Below are positions 35,338-45,243 of a stretch of 64,000 nt of DNA, one piece after another. The first letter of the stretch is position 1. Every line of letters begins with the position of its first letter. Below the pieces are notes generated by a model that was not told where the DNA came from, made no database searches, and was given only the letters and a program-made list of their open reading frames with translations. Source of the stretch: Gemmatimonadota bacterium (lineage in GTDB: Bacteria > Gemmatimonadota > Gemmatimonadetes > Gemmatimonadales > GWC2-71-9); NCBI GenBank assembly GCA_041497135.1, contig JBGQFX010000014.1, forward strand, positions 62 through 64,061, written 5' to 3'. Made by a program: the position numbers and the translations under genes.

Positions 35338-37296
35338 TTAGTGCTGGTCGCCGGTGGCGACGGTGCTCAGGACGGTGCGCAGCTCGCCCAGGGTGAAGGG
35401 CTTGTGCAGAAAGGGGCGGCCGAGCGCCTCGAGGAACTGGAGCGTATCGCCGCGCACGGTGTCGCCGGTGGCGAAGATGACCTTGCGGGCGATGTGGGGG
35501 TGAGCGCGCGCGAGATTGTTGTACATCTCCCGGCCGCCCAGCCGCGGCATGCGCAAGTCGCAGATGATGACGTCGAAGGGCACGACCAGCGCGCGCTCCA
35601 CCGCTTCGGTGCCGTCGCTCGCCACCTCGACCTGGTGGCCCCAGCTCTCCAGTGTGGCGCGCATGTAGTGGAGGATGTGCGGCTCGTCGTCTACCACGAG
35701 GATCCGCAGTGCGCCGGGCGTTTCCGGCGCGGGGGTGGGCTGAGCCGGGCGCGAGGGCCGACCGCCGCGCAGCAGCTCCACGGTGAACATCGCCCCGGAC
35801 CCGGGGCTCGATTCCAGGGTGATGCGCCCCCCGTGCTCCTTCACAATGCCCTGGCAGATGGACAGCCCCAGTCCCGTGCCCTCTCCCTGCGCCTTGGTCG
35901 TGAAGAAGGGTTCGAACACGCGCGGCAGCAGCTCTTCGGGTATGCCTGGGCCGTCGTCCGCCACGCTCACGGCCACGCCGTCGAGCCAGCGCTTCGCGGA
36001 CACCGTGATGTTTCCGGGTCTGCCGGTGCTCGCGATCGCCTGGGCGGCATTGGACAACAGGTTGACGAACACTTGTTTGATCTGATTGGGGTTGATCTCG
36101 ATGTCGGGGATGCCGGGTTCCACCGACAGCATCGCCTCGACGTTGAACGCCATCATCTCGTTGCGCAGCAGTGCCAGCACCGATTCGAGCACCGGCTGGA
36201 TCGGCTGGGCGAGGCGTTCGCCCTCCTGGCGGCGGGCGAACGACAGCAAGTTCCTGACAATCGTGGCCGCCCGCTCGGCCTCTTGCCGGATCACCCGCAG
36301 CGGTTCGGCCAGGGCCGGCGGCACATCCCCGGACTCGGCGAGGAAGTCGGCGAAGCCGACCACCGAGGCGAGCGGGTTGTTCAAGTCGTGCGCGATGCCG
36401 GCGATCAGTTGACCAATCGCCGACATCTTCTCAGACTGTATCAACTGGTCCTGGAGGCGACGCTTCTCCGTATGGTCCTCGAACGACAGCACCGCCGCTT
36501 CGTCGTCGCTGCCTTCCATGCGCACGGCGCTGACATTGTAAACGCGATCGCCCGAGCGTATCTCATGCGCGCCGGGCTCGATCAGGGCCCGGGACACGAC
36601 CTCGGCCCACGCCGGTGGGAGCAAGCCGATCCACGGGCGCCCGGGGATCCCGGTTACCGGCAGCTGCACCAGATTGGCGAATACGCGGTTGGCGCGGCGC
36701 ACCACACCCTGGTCGTCGATGATGCAAATCGCCTGATTGATGGCATCGACCGTGGACTCCCACTGGCGCTTCCCGGACGACAGCAGCTGGAGCAGCCGGG
36801 CGTTTTCGAGCGCGATGGCGGCCTGGGCCACGACGGCGGTGAGCACGGCGAGGTCGTTCGGGCCGTAGGCGTCCGCCCGCTCGGAGGCGACCGCCACGAC
36901 GCCGATGCTGCGCCCCACGGCGACGATCGGGGCACCCATCCAGGCCGCGACGTCCTGCGTCACCGTAATGCCGTGGCGCGCGGCCTCCTCGGGCACGTGA
37001 CGGCTGAACACCATCGGTCCATGGCGCAGCGGCAGCTGCAGCAGGGGATCCTCGATGTGCGGTTGATCACCACCACGGTGGTACGCGATCTGCAGCCGGT
37101 TGGTCTCGACGTCCTGGGCGACGATGGTCAGACGGTCGGGCGCGAGCAGCTCATTGAGGGCGCCCGCCAACCGATCGATGACGGTCGCGGGGCGGTAGGC
37201 GCCGGCCAGCTCCCGCGACAGATCGGTGAGCCGGGCCAGGACGTCGGGTGGCTCGGAACGGGTTGGAGGTGTAGAAGGCGATGAGACTGGTCGCAT
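35338..37296 (-). CDS. hybrid sensor histidine kinase (GAF-PAS-HisKA-HATPase-REC)
   Basis: H-box IAGIAHDLNNPLASV, N box LLSNAAQA, DDGPGIP, GTGLGLSI. C-terminal receiver ILVVDDEPHIL...DVIICDLRMP. Start uncertain: ATG 37296, or the upstream start of the tracked ORF at 37392. Confidence 0.85.
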   Translation of the reverse strand: MRPVSSPSTPPTRSEPPDVLARLTDLSRELAGAYRPATVIDRLAGALNELLAPDRLTIVAQDVETNRLQIAYHRGGDQPHIEDPLLQLPLRHGPMVFSRHVPEEAARHGITVTQDVAAWMGAPIVAVGRSIGVVAVASERADAYGPNDLAVLTAVVAQAAIALENARLLQLLSSGKRQWESTVDAINQAICIIDDQGVVRRANRVFANLVQLPVTGIPGRPWIGLLPPAWAEVVSRALIEPGAHEIRSGDRVYNVSAVRMEGSDDEAAVLSFEDHTEKRRLQDQLIQSEKMSAIGQLIAGIAHDLNNPLASVVGFADFLAESGDVPPALAEPLRVIRQEAERAATIVRNLLSFARRQEGERLAQPIQPVLESVLALLRNEMMAFNVEAMLSVEPGIPDIEINPNQIKQVFVNLLSNAAQAIASTGRPGNITVSAKRWLDGVAVSVADDGPGIPEELLPRVFEPFFTTKAQGEGTGLGLSICQGIVKEHGGRITLESSPGSGAMFTVELLRGGRPSRPAQPTPAPETPGALRILVVDDEPHILHYMRATLESWGHQVEVASDGTEAVERALVVPFDVIICDLRMPRLGGREMYNNLARAHPHIARKVIFATGDTVRGDTLQFLEALGRPFLHKPFTLGELRTVLSTVATGDQH

Positions 37297-38002
37297 GATC
37301 CTCGCGAACGTTCGTGCCCGCTTGCGCGGGTCCGATTGCCGTCTGGTCCTGGTCGCCCTCGCGCGCCGGGATCCAGGAGCGCGGGCGCGCATCGAGCGGC
37401 GACTCGCTCAGGAAGGTCCGGACGCGGTGCTGGACGAACCCGGACTGCTCGACGCCCTGCTGGCGATCCGCTCCCTCGCGGTGCCGTCGGCGGTACTGTT
37501 CGCCTACGTCGCCGTGCGGCATGCGCTGCTCGCCGCCGGCATTGACGACCGGCCGCTGGCCGACTACCTCGCCGCCCTGTTGCTGGAGTTCGGCCGGTCC
37601 GACCGGAGCACCCGGGCACGAGCGGTCGACGACCAAACCTACCACTATCTGGCGGAAATAGTGAACGATTTGGCCCGGGAGGAGGGCACGGCCGAGCGGC
37701 GGTTCCATCTCCAGGTGCATTTGGGCAACTACAGTTTGTGGCTCGCCGGGCTGTTTCCGGATTGCATCGCGGTGCGGCGGCGCCGCCGGGGCGGGCCGGA
37801 CCTGCCTTACTACGATGCGCTGGGGCGGCGGGGCTTTGGCGCCGCGGCGCAGCACTCGATGGCGGAGCGCTATGGCGTGGCGGGGATCTACCGGATTGCG
37901 GCCGAGCGGTTCCCGGCGGTGCGCCACGCGCTGAATCGGTTGTCCGATCGCGTGCTGTTCCCGAACGTCGTCACCGAGGACCGACTGCTGCGGGCAGTCT
38001 AG
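37295..38002 (+). CDS. conserved hypothetical protein
   Basis: Balanced composition (Y, F, D, E, L), in contrast to the Arg/Pro-rich antisense ORF. No family motif recognised. Start uncertain: ATG 37295 or GTG 37226. Confidence 0.5.
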   Translation: MILANVRARLRGSDCRLVLVALARRDPGARARIERRLAQEGPDAVLDEPGLLDALLAIRSLAVPSAVLFAYVAVRHALLAAGIDDRPLADYLAALLLEFGRSDRSTRARAVDDQTYHYLAEIVNDLAREEGTAERRFHLQVHLGNYSLWLAGLFPDCIAVRRRRRGGPDLPYYDALGRRGFGAAAQHSMAERYGVAGIYRIAAERFPAVRHALNRLSDRVLFPNVVTEDRLLRAV

Positions 38003-38696
38003 CATTTTCGTTGCGTGCCACCGCACGCGCGAACGCCTGGAACAGTCCGGCTTCAACGTCGTCCTCCGGATGCCACTGCACGGCCAGCAACCACGATCCG
38101 TCGCCGTTCGCCGGTTCCGCGCCTTCGATCACGCCGTCGTCCGCCCACGCCACGGCCCGCAGGCCATCGGCGAGTCGCTTCACGGCCTGATGATGGCGAC
38201 TGTTGACGCTCGCCGGGTCGCCGACGGCGCGATGCAGCAGCGACGCCGCTTCCACACGCAGCGTGTGGCGCCCCTTGGGGTCCACATGATTGATCGGCGA
38301 CGGATGCTCGCTCGGCAGGTCCTGGTACAGGGTGCCGCCCATGGCGACGTTGACCACCTGGATGCCGCGACAGATCGCGAGCACCGGAAGCCGCCGCTCG
38401 CGGGCGGCGCGATACAGGGCCATCTCGACCGCGTCGCGGGCCTGGTCGGTCTCTTCGAGCTTGGCGTGCGGCGCCTCGCCGTAGCTTGCGGGATGCATGT
38501 CCTCGCCGCCCGTCAGCACCAGGCCTGCCGCGGCGTCGAGCACCTCTCCCACGCGCGCCGGATCGAGCAGCGGCGGAACGAGCAGTGGCGTGAGTCCGGC
38601 GGCGATCAGCGCGCGCACGTAGCTCGAGTTGAGCGCCACGCGCTCCCGCCCGAGATCCGTGCGGCGGGTGGCGGAGACGGCGACCCAGCGGCTCAT
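37971..38696 (-). CDS. gamma-glutamyl-gamma-aminobutyrate hydrolase family protein (peptidase C26, class I glutamine amidotransferase-like)
   Basis: 241 aa starting at MSRWVAV (ATG 38696). LTGGEDMHP, nucleophile motif LAICRGIQVVN, SRHHQAV, and VQWHPE near the C-terminus. The rest of the tracked 574-aa ORF is shadow. Confidence 0.85.
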   Translation of the reverse strand: MSRWVAVSATRRTDLGRERVALNSSYVRALIAAGLTPLLVPPLLDPARVGEVLDAAAGLVLTGGEDMHPASYGEAPHAKLEETDQARDAVEMALYRAARERRLPVLAICRGIQVVNVAMGGTLYQDLPSEHPSPINHVDPKGRHTLRVEAASLLHRAVGDPASVNSRHHQAVKRLADGLRAVAWADDGVIEGAEPANGDGSWLLAVQWHPEDDVEAGLFQAFARAVARNENARLPAAVGPR

Positions 38697-39193
38697 GACG
38701 GGGCGCTCCCCAGCAATGGACAGCGAGGGTTGTAGATGCTCGCCCAATTGACCCGGACACCGAATAGCGGGACGGTGACCGCGTCGTGCGCGACCACGCC
38801 GATGCGCGGGTATTGCTTCGGGGGCGACAGCCCCTCGTACACCAGCAGGCCGATCACCCGCTCGGACGAATCGTCCACCACCAGCAGGCCGTACACGGTC
38901 GAGTCGCTGATCCCGGGCGGGAAGTAGGCTCCCTCGTAGACCAGCGCGAGCTGTCCCTGGGCCGTGCCCCGAATGGCGTGCGCCGTGTCGGCCCGGCCCG
39001 CGACGCGAGCCGGGAGCACGTCGGGAAGCCCACGCGGCGCGTCGGTCAGGAGCGCGCGCGCGTCGTTCAACCGGTCCTGGATCAAGCGCGGGCCGGCCAG
39101 CAGCTCGAACCCACACACCGGGGACCGGCGGGGGTCGAAGCTGCACGCGGCGAGGGTGAGGGCGAGTGCCGCCCCGAGCCGGTAGGACCTCAT
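38693..39193 (-). CDS. hypothetical lipoprotein
   Basis: 166 aa. Signal plus lipobox LALTLAAC. ATGA overlap with the downstream C26 gene. Confidence 0.55.
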   Translation of the reverse strand: MRSYRLGAALALTLAACSFDPRRSPVCGFELLAGPRLIQDRLNDARALLTDAPRGLPDVLPARVAGRADTAHAIRGTAQGQLALVYEGAYFPPGISDSTVYGLLVVDDSSERVIGLLVYEGLSPPKQYPRIGVVAHDAVTVPLFGVRVNWASIYNPRCPLLGSAPS

Positions 39194-39202
39194 GACAGAA
39201 AT

Positions 39203-41488
39203 CTAACGGGTGTAGGTGGCGACGAGCGTCAGGGTGCGCACGGGCTCGAGCGTGCGGGGTGCCAGGTTGAATATGTAGTTCGACACGTTGCTCAGCTTGA
39301 GCCGAAGGTCCATTGGCCCGGCCGACCAGCCGGCGCGCAGGTCGAGCACACGGGCGTTGTATCGCTTGTCCTGGGGATAGAGGGGATCCCCCCGCTCGTA
39401 GCGGCTGGAAAAGCGGAAGTCCGCCCCGACCCCGAGTCGACCGATCGCGTAGTCGGCGGAAAGCGTTAGCAGGTGCCGGGGGCGGAACAGCAACGCCTGT
39501 TGCGGCGTGAAGTCTGTCGCGAGTTGCCGAGCGTAGAGGTACTGGTAGGCCACGGTCGTCGATAGGCGCGACGAAGAGGGAGTCGCGCTGATCGACAGAT
39601 CGATCCCCATGAGCCGGGCTCGATTCAGGTTTTGGAACTGGATCTGGAATTGCGAGTTGAACACCGGCTCGATCAGGTTGCGTGCCTCGGTCCAAAACAC
39701 CGCGGCGTCGCCACGCAGCCAGGACAAGCCGGTCCAGGAGCGGCCCAGCTCACTCGACCAGCCGTCTTCGGGAATCAGGCCCGGATTGGGGATCACGGGG
39801 CGGCCCAACGCACGGGTCGTGACAAATCGCTCTGCGAGGCTCGCCGCGCGGAACGCGCGGCCGATCGATGCGCGCCAGCTGCCGGTCCCCGTGGGCCACA
39901 CGGCTCCGACGCGCGGACTCACGAATGAGCTGATCCCGCCGCCGTCCACGACCAGAAAATCGCTTCGCGCGCCGATGGTGATGCGGGTGGGCCCGAGCGC
40001 CTGCTCCGCTTCGGCGTAGGCGGCGTATTCCCCCTGGGTGTGGGTTCCGGTTTCCCCCGGTGGCTTTCCGGAAAAGATGTTGCTCCACACCTCGGCGATC
40101 GCTCCCTCGAGTCCGACCGTGACCGTGCGCGAGGAATCGCGCTGGCTCACGAGTCGTCCTTCGGCGCCGTAGCGATTGGCGATGGAATAGTCCGCTGTCC
40201 CGAAAACCCCTTGGCGTTCGGGGTAGTCGTCGGTGAAGCGTGTGCGCAGCCAGCTGCCGCGCGCCAGCCACGTGAGCGTGGACGACGGTGTGCGGGTGAT
40301 GATCGCGCTCAGGTAGCCCTTGTCGGAGCGCGTGCGATTGCCGACGTTCCCGGTGTCGATTCGGAACGGCTGAATCACTTCTCCCCGATAGTCGCACAGG
40401 GTGGGAAAGGGGGGGACGGCCGAGCACCAGGGCTCCGGAACGCCATACTGGTCGCTGGCCCAGGCTCCGGAGATGTGGATTTGGGTGGCCGGGGCGGGTC
40501 GCCACTCGGTCTTGCCCGTTGCTTGCCAGTGGTCGGCGCGACTCTGCTCGCGATATCCGTCGGAATGTCGGGCGCCAACCGAGAAGGCGGCGCGCACCGC
40601 GTCGCGACCGTAGGAGCCGGCGACATCGAGTCCGTCCTGGATGCCGGTGAAATCGCGGAACTTCAAAGAGTCGTTTGAGGGATTGGCGAATGCTCCAGCC
40701 GTCATGCGCACGCGCCCATGCCACCCTTCGGGTAACTCTCGCGTGATCACGTTGACGACGCCGCCGAAGGCGGACGACCCGTACAAGGCCGAGCCCGACC
40801 CTTTGACGACCTCCACGCGATCCACCCGGTCGACCGGAATGACGTCCCAGTTGATGCCGCCGCGGTCGCCCTGATTGGCGGGCACGCCGTCCACGAGCAG
40901 CAGCACGCGGCTGCCCAACCCTTCGGCGAAGCCGGACGAGCCACGGATGTTCACCTGGCCGCTGATGAACTGCACGCCCGGCGCCCGGTCGACCGCTTCG
41001 TCGATCGTATTGACGGCGTGCTGGGCGATCTGCACCTGGTCGACCAGGGCGACGCTCGTCACCGCCTGATCGAGCAGCTGAGAGCGTTTCGCCGCCGTGA
41101 CGATCATCGGCGTGAGGATGAGCGGGTGTTGCGTAAGCGGAAAATCGAGCTGGACCGAGGCGCCGGCCGCGAGCTGCACGGAATCGCGTCTCGACCGATA
41201 TCCGATGCGTCCGGCCTCGATGCCGAGCCACCCGGCCGGCAGGGCCTCGAACCGGTAGCGGCCGGCGCTGTCGCTGTACACGACCGCGATCGCGCGGCCA
41301 CCGCTCCGGCTCATCGCGCGGACGAACGCGTGACTCAACCCGGCGCCGGCGGTGTCGGTCACGGACCCGTACACGACGCCCGATCCCTGAGCGGCGAGCC
41401 GTGTCGCGAGGAGGAGGGCAGCGGTGACTAGAGTCGGCCGAGTGGCGCTCATACGCTCCCAATCTGCCGCCATGCCGACCGCCGTCAA
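39203..41488 (-). CDS. TonB-dependent receptor with carboxypeptidase-regulatory-like N-terminal domain
   Basis: Signal peptide. VVYGSVTDTAGAGLSHAFVRA..RYRFEALPAG (CarbopepD_reg-like). Plug domain (VNIRGSSGF, LVDGVP) and a long beta-barrel. The start may be ATG 41452. Confidence 0.85.
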   Translation of the reverse strand: MTAVGMAADWERMSATRPTLVTAALLLATRLAAQGSGVVYGSVTDTAGAGLSHAFVRAMSRSGGRAIAVVYSDSAGRYRFEALPAGWLGIEAGRIGYRSRRDSVQLAAGASVQLDFPLTQHPLILTPMIVTAAKRSQLLDQAVTSVALVDQVQIAQHAVNTIDEAVDRAPGVQFISGQVNIRGSSGFAEGLGSRVLLLVDGVPANQGDRGGINWDVIPVDRVDRVEVVKGSGSALYGSSAFGGVVNVITRELPEGWHGRVRMTAGAFANPSNDSLKFRDFTGIQDGLDVAGSYGRDAVRAAFSVGARHSDGYREQSRADHWQATGKTEWRPAPATQIHISGAWASDQYGVPEPWCSAVPPFPTLCDYRGEVIQPFRIDTGNVGNRTRSDKGYLSAIITRTPSSTLTWLARGSWLRTRFTDDYPERQGVFGTADYSIANRYGAEGRLVSQRDSSRTVTVGLEGAIAEVWSNIFSGKPPGETGTHTQGEYAAYAEAEQALGPTRITIGARSDFLVVDGGGISSFVSPRVGAVWPTGTGSWRASIGRAFRAASLAERFVTTRALGRPVIPNPGLIPEDGWSSELGRSWTGLSWLRGDAAVFWTEARNLIEPVFNSQFQIQFQNLNRARLMGIDLSISATPSSSRLSTTVAYQYLYARQLATDFTPQQALLFRPRHLLTLSADYAIGRLGVGADFRFSSRYERGDPLYPQDKRYNARVLDLRAGWSAGPMDLRLKLSNVSNYIFNLAPRTLEPVRTLTLVATYTR

Positions 41489-41528
41489 CTTGACCTCCCC
41501 AGGACCCCGGAATAGCGTAGACTACGCC

Positions 41529-41693
41529 ATGCCGATCTACGAATTCCGCTGCACTCGGTGCCGCCGGCACTTCAGCCATTCCATGCCGATCAGCGAGCAC
41601 GGCCGCAAGCGGCCGGCCTGCCCCAAGTGCGGCTCCCGCTCGGTCCAGTCGGTGCTCTCCACGTTCTTCGCCAAGACGATCCGGAAGAGCTGA
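41529..41693 (+). CDS. FmdB-family zinc-ribbon protein
   Basis: MPIYEFRCTRC ... CPKCGS matches the canonical FmdB/CxxC_CxxC_SSSS opening. 54 aa. Confidence 0.8.
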   Translation: MPIYEFRCTRCRRHFSHSMPISEHGRKRPACPKCGSRSVQSVLSTFFAKTIRKS

Positions 41694-41697
41694 GCGA

Positions 41698-42264
41698 GTG
41701 TTCGAGCGCTTGCGGGACGCGTTGCGGGCCGCGCTGGCGGCGGCGACGCCACCGGGGGATCTGCGCGACCTCGCCCGGCAGATGCGCGAGGCGGTGGTCG
41801 ACTCCAAGGTCGCGGTGCAGGAGATGCGCAACGCCCTGGCGCGGACCGAGGTGGAGCTCGGCGCGGAGCGGCAGCGGTTGGCGGACGCTGAACGCCGCGG
41901 CCGCCTGGCGGCGGAGATCCAGGACCAGGAGACGGTTCAGGTCGCCGAGCGCTTCACGGCGCGGCATCGCGAACGGGTCGGCGTGCTGGAGCGGAAACTC
42001 GGGGCACAGAAGGAAGAGCTGGCCCTCGCCGAGCGCGACCTGGGTGAGATGCACGCCCAGCTGAAATCGGCGGAAGGACCGGCGGCCGGCGTCTCGGACA
42101 GCGCGGAGCGGGCCTGGCGTGAGGTCCAGGCCGCCGGTGGTGCCCGTCCCGGCGTGGACGTGCAGGACGAGCTGCTCAAAGCCGACATGGATCGCGTAGC
42201 CCGCGAGCGTCAGGCGGACGAGCAGCTCGATCTCCTGAAAAAAAAGCTCGGCAAGAAGGAGTAA
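41698..42264 (+). CDS. coiled-coil protein, PspA/IM30-like
   Basis: 188 aa with GTG start 4 nt after the FmdB stop. Heptad-rich Glu/Arg/Leu sequence resembling the PspA/IM30 family. The family call is tentative. Confidence 0.45.
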   Translation: MFERLRDALRAALAAATPPGDLRDLARQMREAVVDSKVAVQEMRNALARTEVELGAERQRLADAERRGRLAAEIQDQETVQVAERFTARHRERVGVLERKLGAQKEELALAERDLGEMHAQLKSAEGPAAGVSDSAERAWREVQAAGGARPGVDVQDELLKADMDRVARERQADEQLDLLKKKLGKKE

Positions 42265-42268
42265 CACG

Positions 42269-43261
42269 ATGCTCGGTCTGATCGTCGCTCTGCAGCAGCC
42301 CATGGCCGCACCGGCCGACCTCACCAAGCGCGCCCACACCTACAGCATCGTCGCCTACGACTCCGCCACCGGCGATCTCGGCGTGGCGGTGCAGTCCAAG
42401 TTCCCCAACGTGGGCGGGATCGTACCGTGGGCCAAGGCCGGGGTGGGCGCCGTCGCGACGCAATCGCTCGGCAACACGGCGTACGGCGACCACGGACTCC
42501 GCCTCATGGCGATGGGCGCGACCGCCCCCGAGGCGATGCGCATCGTGATGCGCGCGGACACGCGGTCGTCCCAGCGTCAGGTGGGCATGGTGGACGCGCG
42601 AGGGCTAGCCGCCAGCTGGACCGGCGATTCGTGCTTCGACTGGGCGGGCGGCCGCACCGTGGGGGCGGACGGTCAGATCGTGTTGGGCGGCAAGGGGGCG
42701 ATGATAACGGGCCGCGGTTTTGCCGCGCAGGCGAACATCATGGTGAGCGATCAGACGGTGAAGAACATGGCCGACGCGTTCGTGCGGGCCACGGGCTCGC
42801 TCGCCGACCGTCTGATGGCCGCTCTCGTGGCGGGGCAGGCGGGCGGCGGTGACAAGCGCGGCATGGAGTCGGCGGCGCTGCTCGTGGTGCGCGCCAACGG
42901 CGGCTACCTGGGCGGCAACGATCGCTACATCGACATCCGCGTCTACGACGACACCAACCCGATCCGCGAGCTGCAGCGGCTGTATCGCTTGCACCAGTTG
43001 TACTTCTTCCAGAGTCGCACTGAAGACCTCGTACCGATTACCGCCGACGTAGTACGGCAGCTGGAGCCTATTCTCCTGGCCGAGCCGGTGAACCAGCGCG
43101 AGAAGTGGCTCGATGCGTCGCAGGGGACGGCGACGCCCAAGTTCCTGCAGGCGCTCGAGAACTTCATGTATTGGGAGAACTACGACGTGCGGGTACGGAA
43201 CGACGGCAAGATCGATCGCGTGGCGCTCGAGGATATTCTGGCGAAACGGAAACGGCACTAG
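42269..43261 (+). CDS. DUF1028 family (Ntn-hydrolase-like) protein
   Basis: TYSIVAYDSATGDLGVAVQSKF..GAVATQS ... AGGDKRGMESAALLV follows the DUF1028 pattern, with Thr after a short propeptide as the putative N-terminal nucleophile. Confidence 0.8.
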   Translation: MLGLIVALQQPMAAPADLTKRAHTYSIVAYDSATGDLGVAVQSKFPNVGGIVPWAKAGVGAVATQSLGNTAYGDHGLRLMAMGATAPEAMRIVMRADTRSSQRQVGMVDARGLAASWTGDSCFDWAGGRTVGADGQIVLGGKGAMITGRGFAAQANIMVSDQTVKNMADAFVRATGSLADRLMAALVAGQAGGGDKRGMESAALLVVRANGGYLGGNDRYIDIRVYDDTNPIRELQRLYRLHQLYFFQSRTEDLVPITADVVRQLEPILLAEPVNQREKWLDASQGTATPKFLQALENFMYWENYDVRVRNDGKIDRVALEDILAKRKRH

Positions 43262-43272
43262 AGAGGCTATCC

Positions 43273-44571
43273 ATGACCACCTGGTTCGGCCATCCCCGCG
43301 GCCTCTCGACGCTCTTCTTCACGGAGATGTGGGAGCGGTTCAGCTACTACGGGATGCGGGCGTTTCTCATCCTGTACATGACCGCCTCGGTGGCCAACGG
43401 CGGTCTGGGATTCGACGACCGCCACGCCGCCTCCGTGTACGGCAACTACGTCGGCAGCGTGTGGTTGACGCCGATCATCGGTGGTCTCATTGCCGACCGG
43501 TTCCTGGGCCAATACCGCAGCGTGCTTCTGGGCGGCACGATCATCGCGCTGGGCCACTTCACCCTGGCCTTCAACACACTGTCTACGTTCTACACGGGAT
43601 TGGTGCTGATCGTCATCGGCACGGGACTGCTCAAGCCCAACGTCTCGACCATTGTCGGATCGCTGTACGACGAAGGCGACGCCCGGCGCGACGCCGGCTT
43701 CTCGGTCTTCTACATGGGGATCAATCTGGGCGCCTTCATCGGTCCGCTCATCGCGGGTGGGCTGGCGCAGAAAGTCGATTGGCACCTGGGCTTCGCGATC
43801 GCCGGCATCGGCATGGTACTGGGACTGATTCAGTACGTCATCGGGAAACGACACATCGAGACGGGACTCGAGCGTTTGGCGTCGCGGCCGAAGGCGGCCG
43901 CCGCTGGCGCGGGTGGTGGATTCACACCGGAAGAATGGAAACGGATCGCCGTGATCTTCGTGCTGTTCGTGTTCGCGTCAATCTTTTGGGGCGCCTACGA
44001 ACAGGCCGGGTCGACGCTCAACCTGTTCGGCGATCGCTACAGCAACAATGTCGTGTTCGGCTTCGCCTTCCCGTCATCCTGGTACATCTCGGTCCAGGCG
44101 TTGTTCGTGATTCTGCTGGCACCGGTGATCGCGTGGGTGTGGGTGAAGCTCGGTCCCCGCCAGCCGTCGGTCCCCGCCAAGTTCGCACTCGCCCTGTTGT
44201 TCGTCGGGTTGGCGTTCCTGTTGCTCGTTCCCGCGGGGCGGATCGCACAGGGTGGCGCGGGGCTCAGAGTGAGTCCGCTCTGGCTGGTAGGCGCGTACTT
44301 CATCGAAGAGTGGGGGGAGCTCTGCCTCAGTCCGGTGGGGCTGTCGGCGGTCACTAAGCTCGCGCCGACTCGGATCGTCAGCCTCATGATGGGAGTGTTC
44401 TTCCTCGCGAACGCCCTCGGCAACAAGCTGGCGGGATGGACCGCCGGCTTTTTCAGCTCGATGCCCTTGTCGCAGCTGTTCAGCGCGGTCGCCGCTGTGA
44501 GCTTGGTGGCGGCGCTGATCATGTTCGCGCTGGTCCGGCCGGTGAAGAAGCTGATGGGGGGAGTGAGCTAG
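43273..44571 (+). CDS. proton-dependent oligopeptide transporter (POT/PTR2 family, MFS)
   Basis: ATG 43273. LSTLFFTEMWERFSYYGMRAFLILY is the PTR2 signature region. About 12-14 TM helices. Confidence 0.9.
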   Translation: MTTWFGHPRGLSTLFFTEMWERFSYYGMRAFLILYMTASVANGGLGFDDRHAASVYGNYVGSVWLTPIIGGLIADRFLGQYRSVLLGGTIIALGHFTLAFNTLSTFYTGLVLIVIGTGLLKPNVSTIVGSLYDEGDARRDAGFSVFYMGINLGAFIGPLIAGGLAQKVDWHLGFAIAGIGMVLGLIQYVIGKRHIETGLERLASRPKAAAAGAGGGFTPEEWKRIAVIFVLFVFASIFWGAYEQAGSTLNLFGDRYSNNVVFGFAFPSSWYISVQALFVILLAPVIAWVWVKLGPRQPSVPAKFALALLFVGLAFLLLVPAGRIAQGGAGLRVSPLWLVGAYFIEEWGELCLSPVGLSAVTKLAPTRIVSLMMGVFFLANALGNKLAGWTAGFFSSMPLSQLFSAVAAVSLVAALIMFALVRPVKKLMGGVS

Positions 44572-44573
44572 GG

Positions 44574-45113
44574 ATGCTCAAGAAGCTGGCGGCACTGATC
44601 CTCGCAGTCGGCCTGTGCCTCCCCTACAGCTGTGATGTCCGGCCGATCACCGGTGTCTGGACGACGATCCCGTCGATCCTGTTCGTCGGCGTCCCGGTGC
44701 TCGCCGTCGTCGCGTATGTGCTGCACAACCTGATTCCGCCGTTGGCGGCCTTCCACGAACGCCACGGGCAGCGATTGTACGCCATTCTCCGCCTGGTGTA
44801 TCTCGGGCTGGCGATTGTCTACCTCGCCTACGCCGTGACCAAGAACACCGACTGGCCGGGATTGCTGCCGGTGGCGGCCGCGCTCGTCGTCACGGGGGTC
44901 ATCTTGGTCTGGCAGCAGGGGCGTGGCACCAAGGCCACTCGCGTTCCGCTGGTGCTCTTGCTGTGCGGCGGTGTGCCGGCGATCGCGTATGCGGTGGAGC
45001 TCCACACGGACTTGAAGATCGGGGCGTGGGTAGTTCTGGCGGGATGGGTGCTCGGGGTGTTCGCCGAGCTGCAGGTGCTGAGGGTGCAACCGACGATCGC
45101 GCACGGGGGGTGA
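44574..45113 (+). CDS. integral membrane protein, unknown function
   Basis: 179 aa with ATG 3 nt after the POT stop. About 5 hydrophobic helices. Confidence 0.5.
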   Translation: MLKKLAALILAVGLCLPYSCDVRPITGVWTTIPSILFVGVPVLAVVAYVLHNLIPPLAAFHERHGQRLYAILRLVYLGLAIVYLAYAVTKNTDWPGLLPVAAALVVTGVILVWQQGRGTKATRVPLVLLLCGGVPAIAYAVELHTDLKIGAWVVLAGWVLGVFAELQVLRVQPTIAHGG

Positions 45114-45243
45114 CGTCCCGGCCCGTATTGTTGACGGCCTTCGAACACCCCCGCCCAGCCGGGGGCTGGTGTCGATACTCTCGGCCGGGTCCGCGCCGCC
45201 CTCCATGCGCGCTACGTAATCGAGCGTGAGCTCGGTCGTGGAG

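Noticed and set aside
34681-37284. 867-aa plus-strand ORF
   Set aside because: Antisense to the GT4 glycosyltransferase and hybrid histidine kinase genes, both of which carry clear catalytic motifs on the minus strand.
38697-39695. N-terminal 333 codons of the tracked 574-aa ORF ending at 37971
   Set aside because: This part is Arg/Pro/Gly-rich and overlaps the better-supported lipoprotein gene and the 3' end of the TonB receptor gene. The amidotransferase homology begins at the internal ATG 38696.
39750-41831. 693-aa minus-strand ORF
   Set aside because: An alternative frame over the TonB-dependent receptor gene. It is extremely Arg/Pro/Gly-rich, while the receptor frame shows plug and barrel features.
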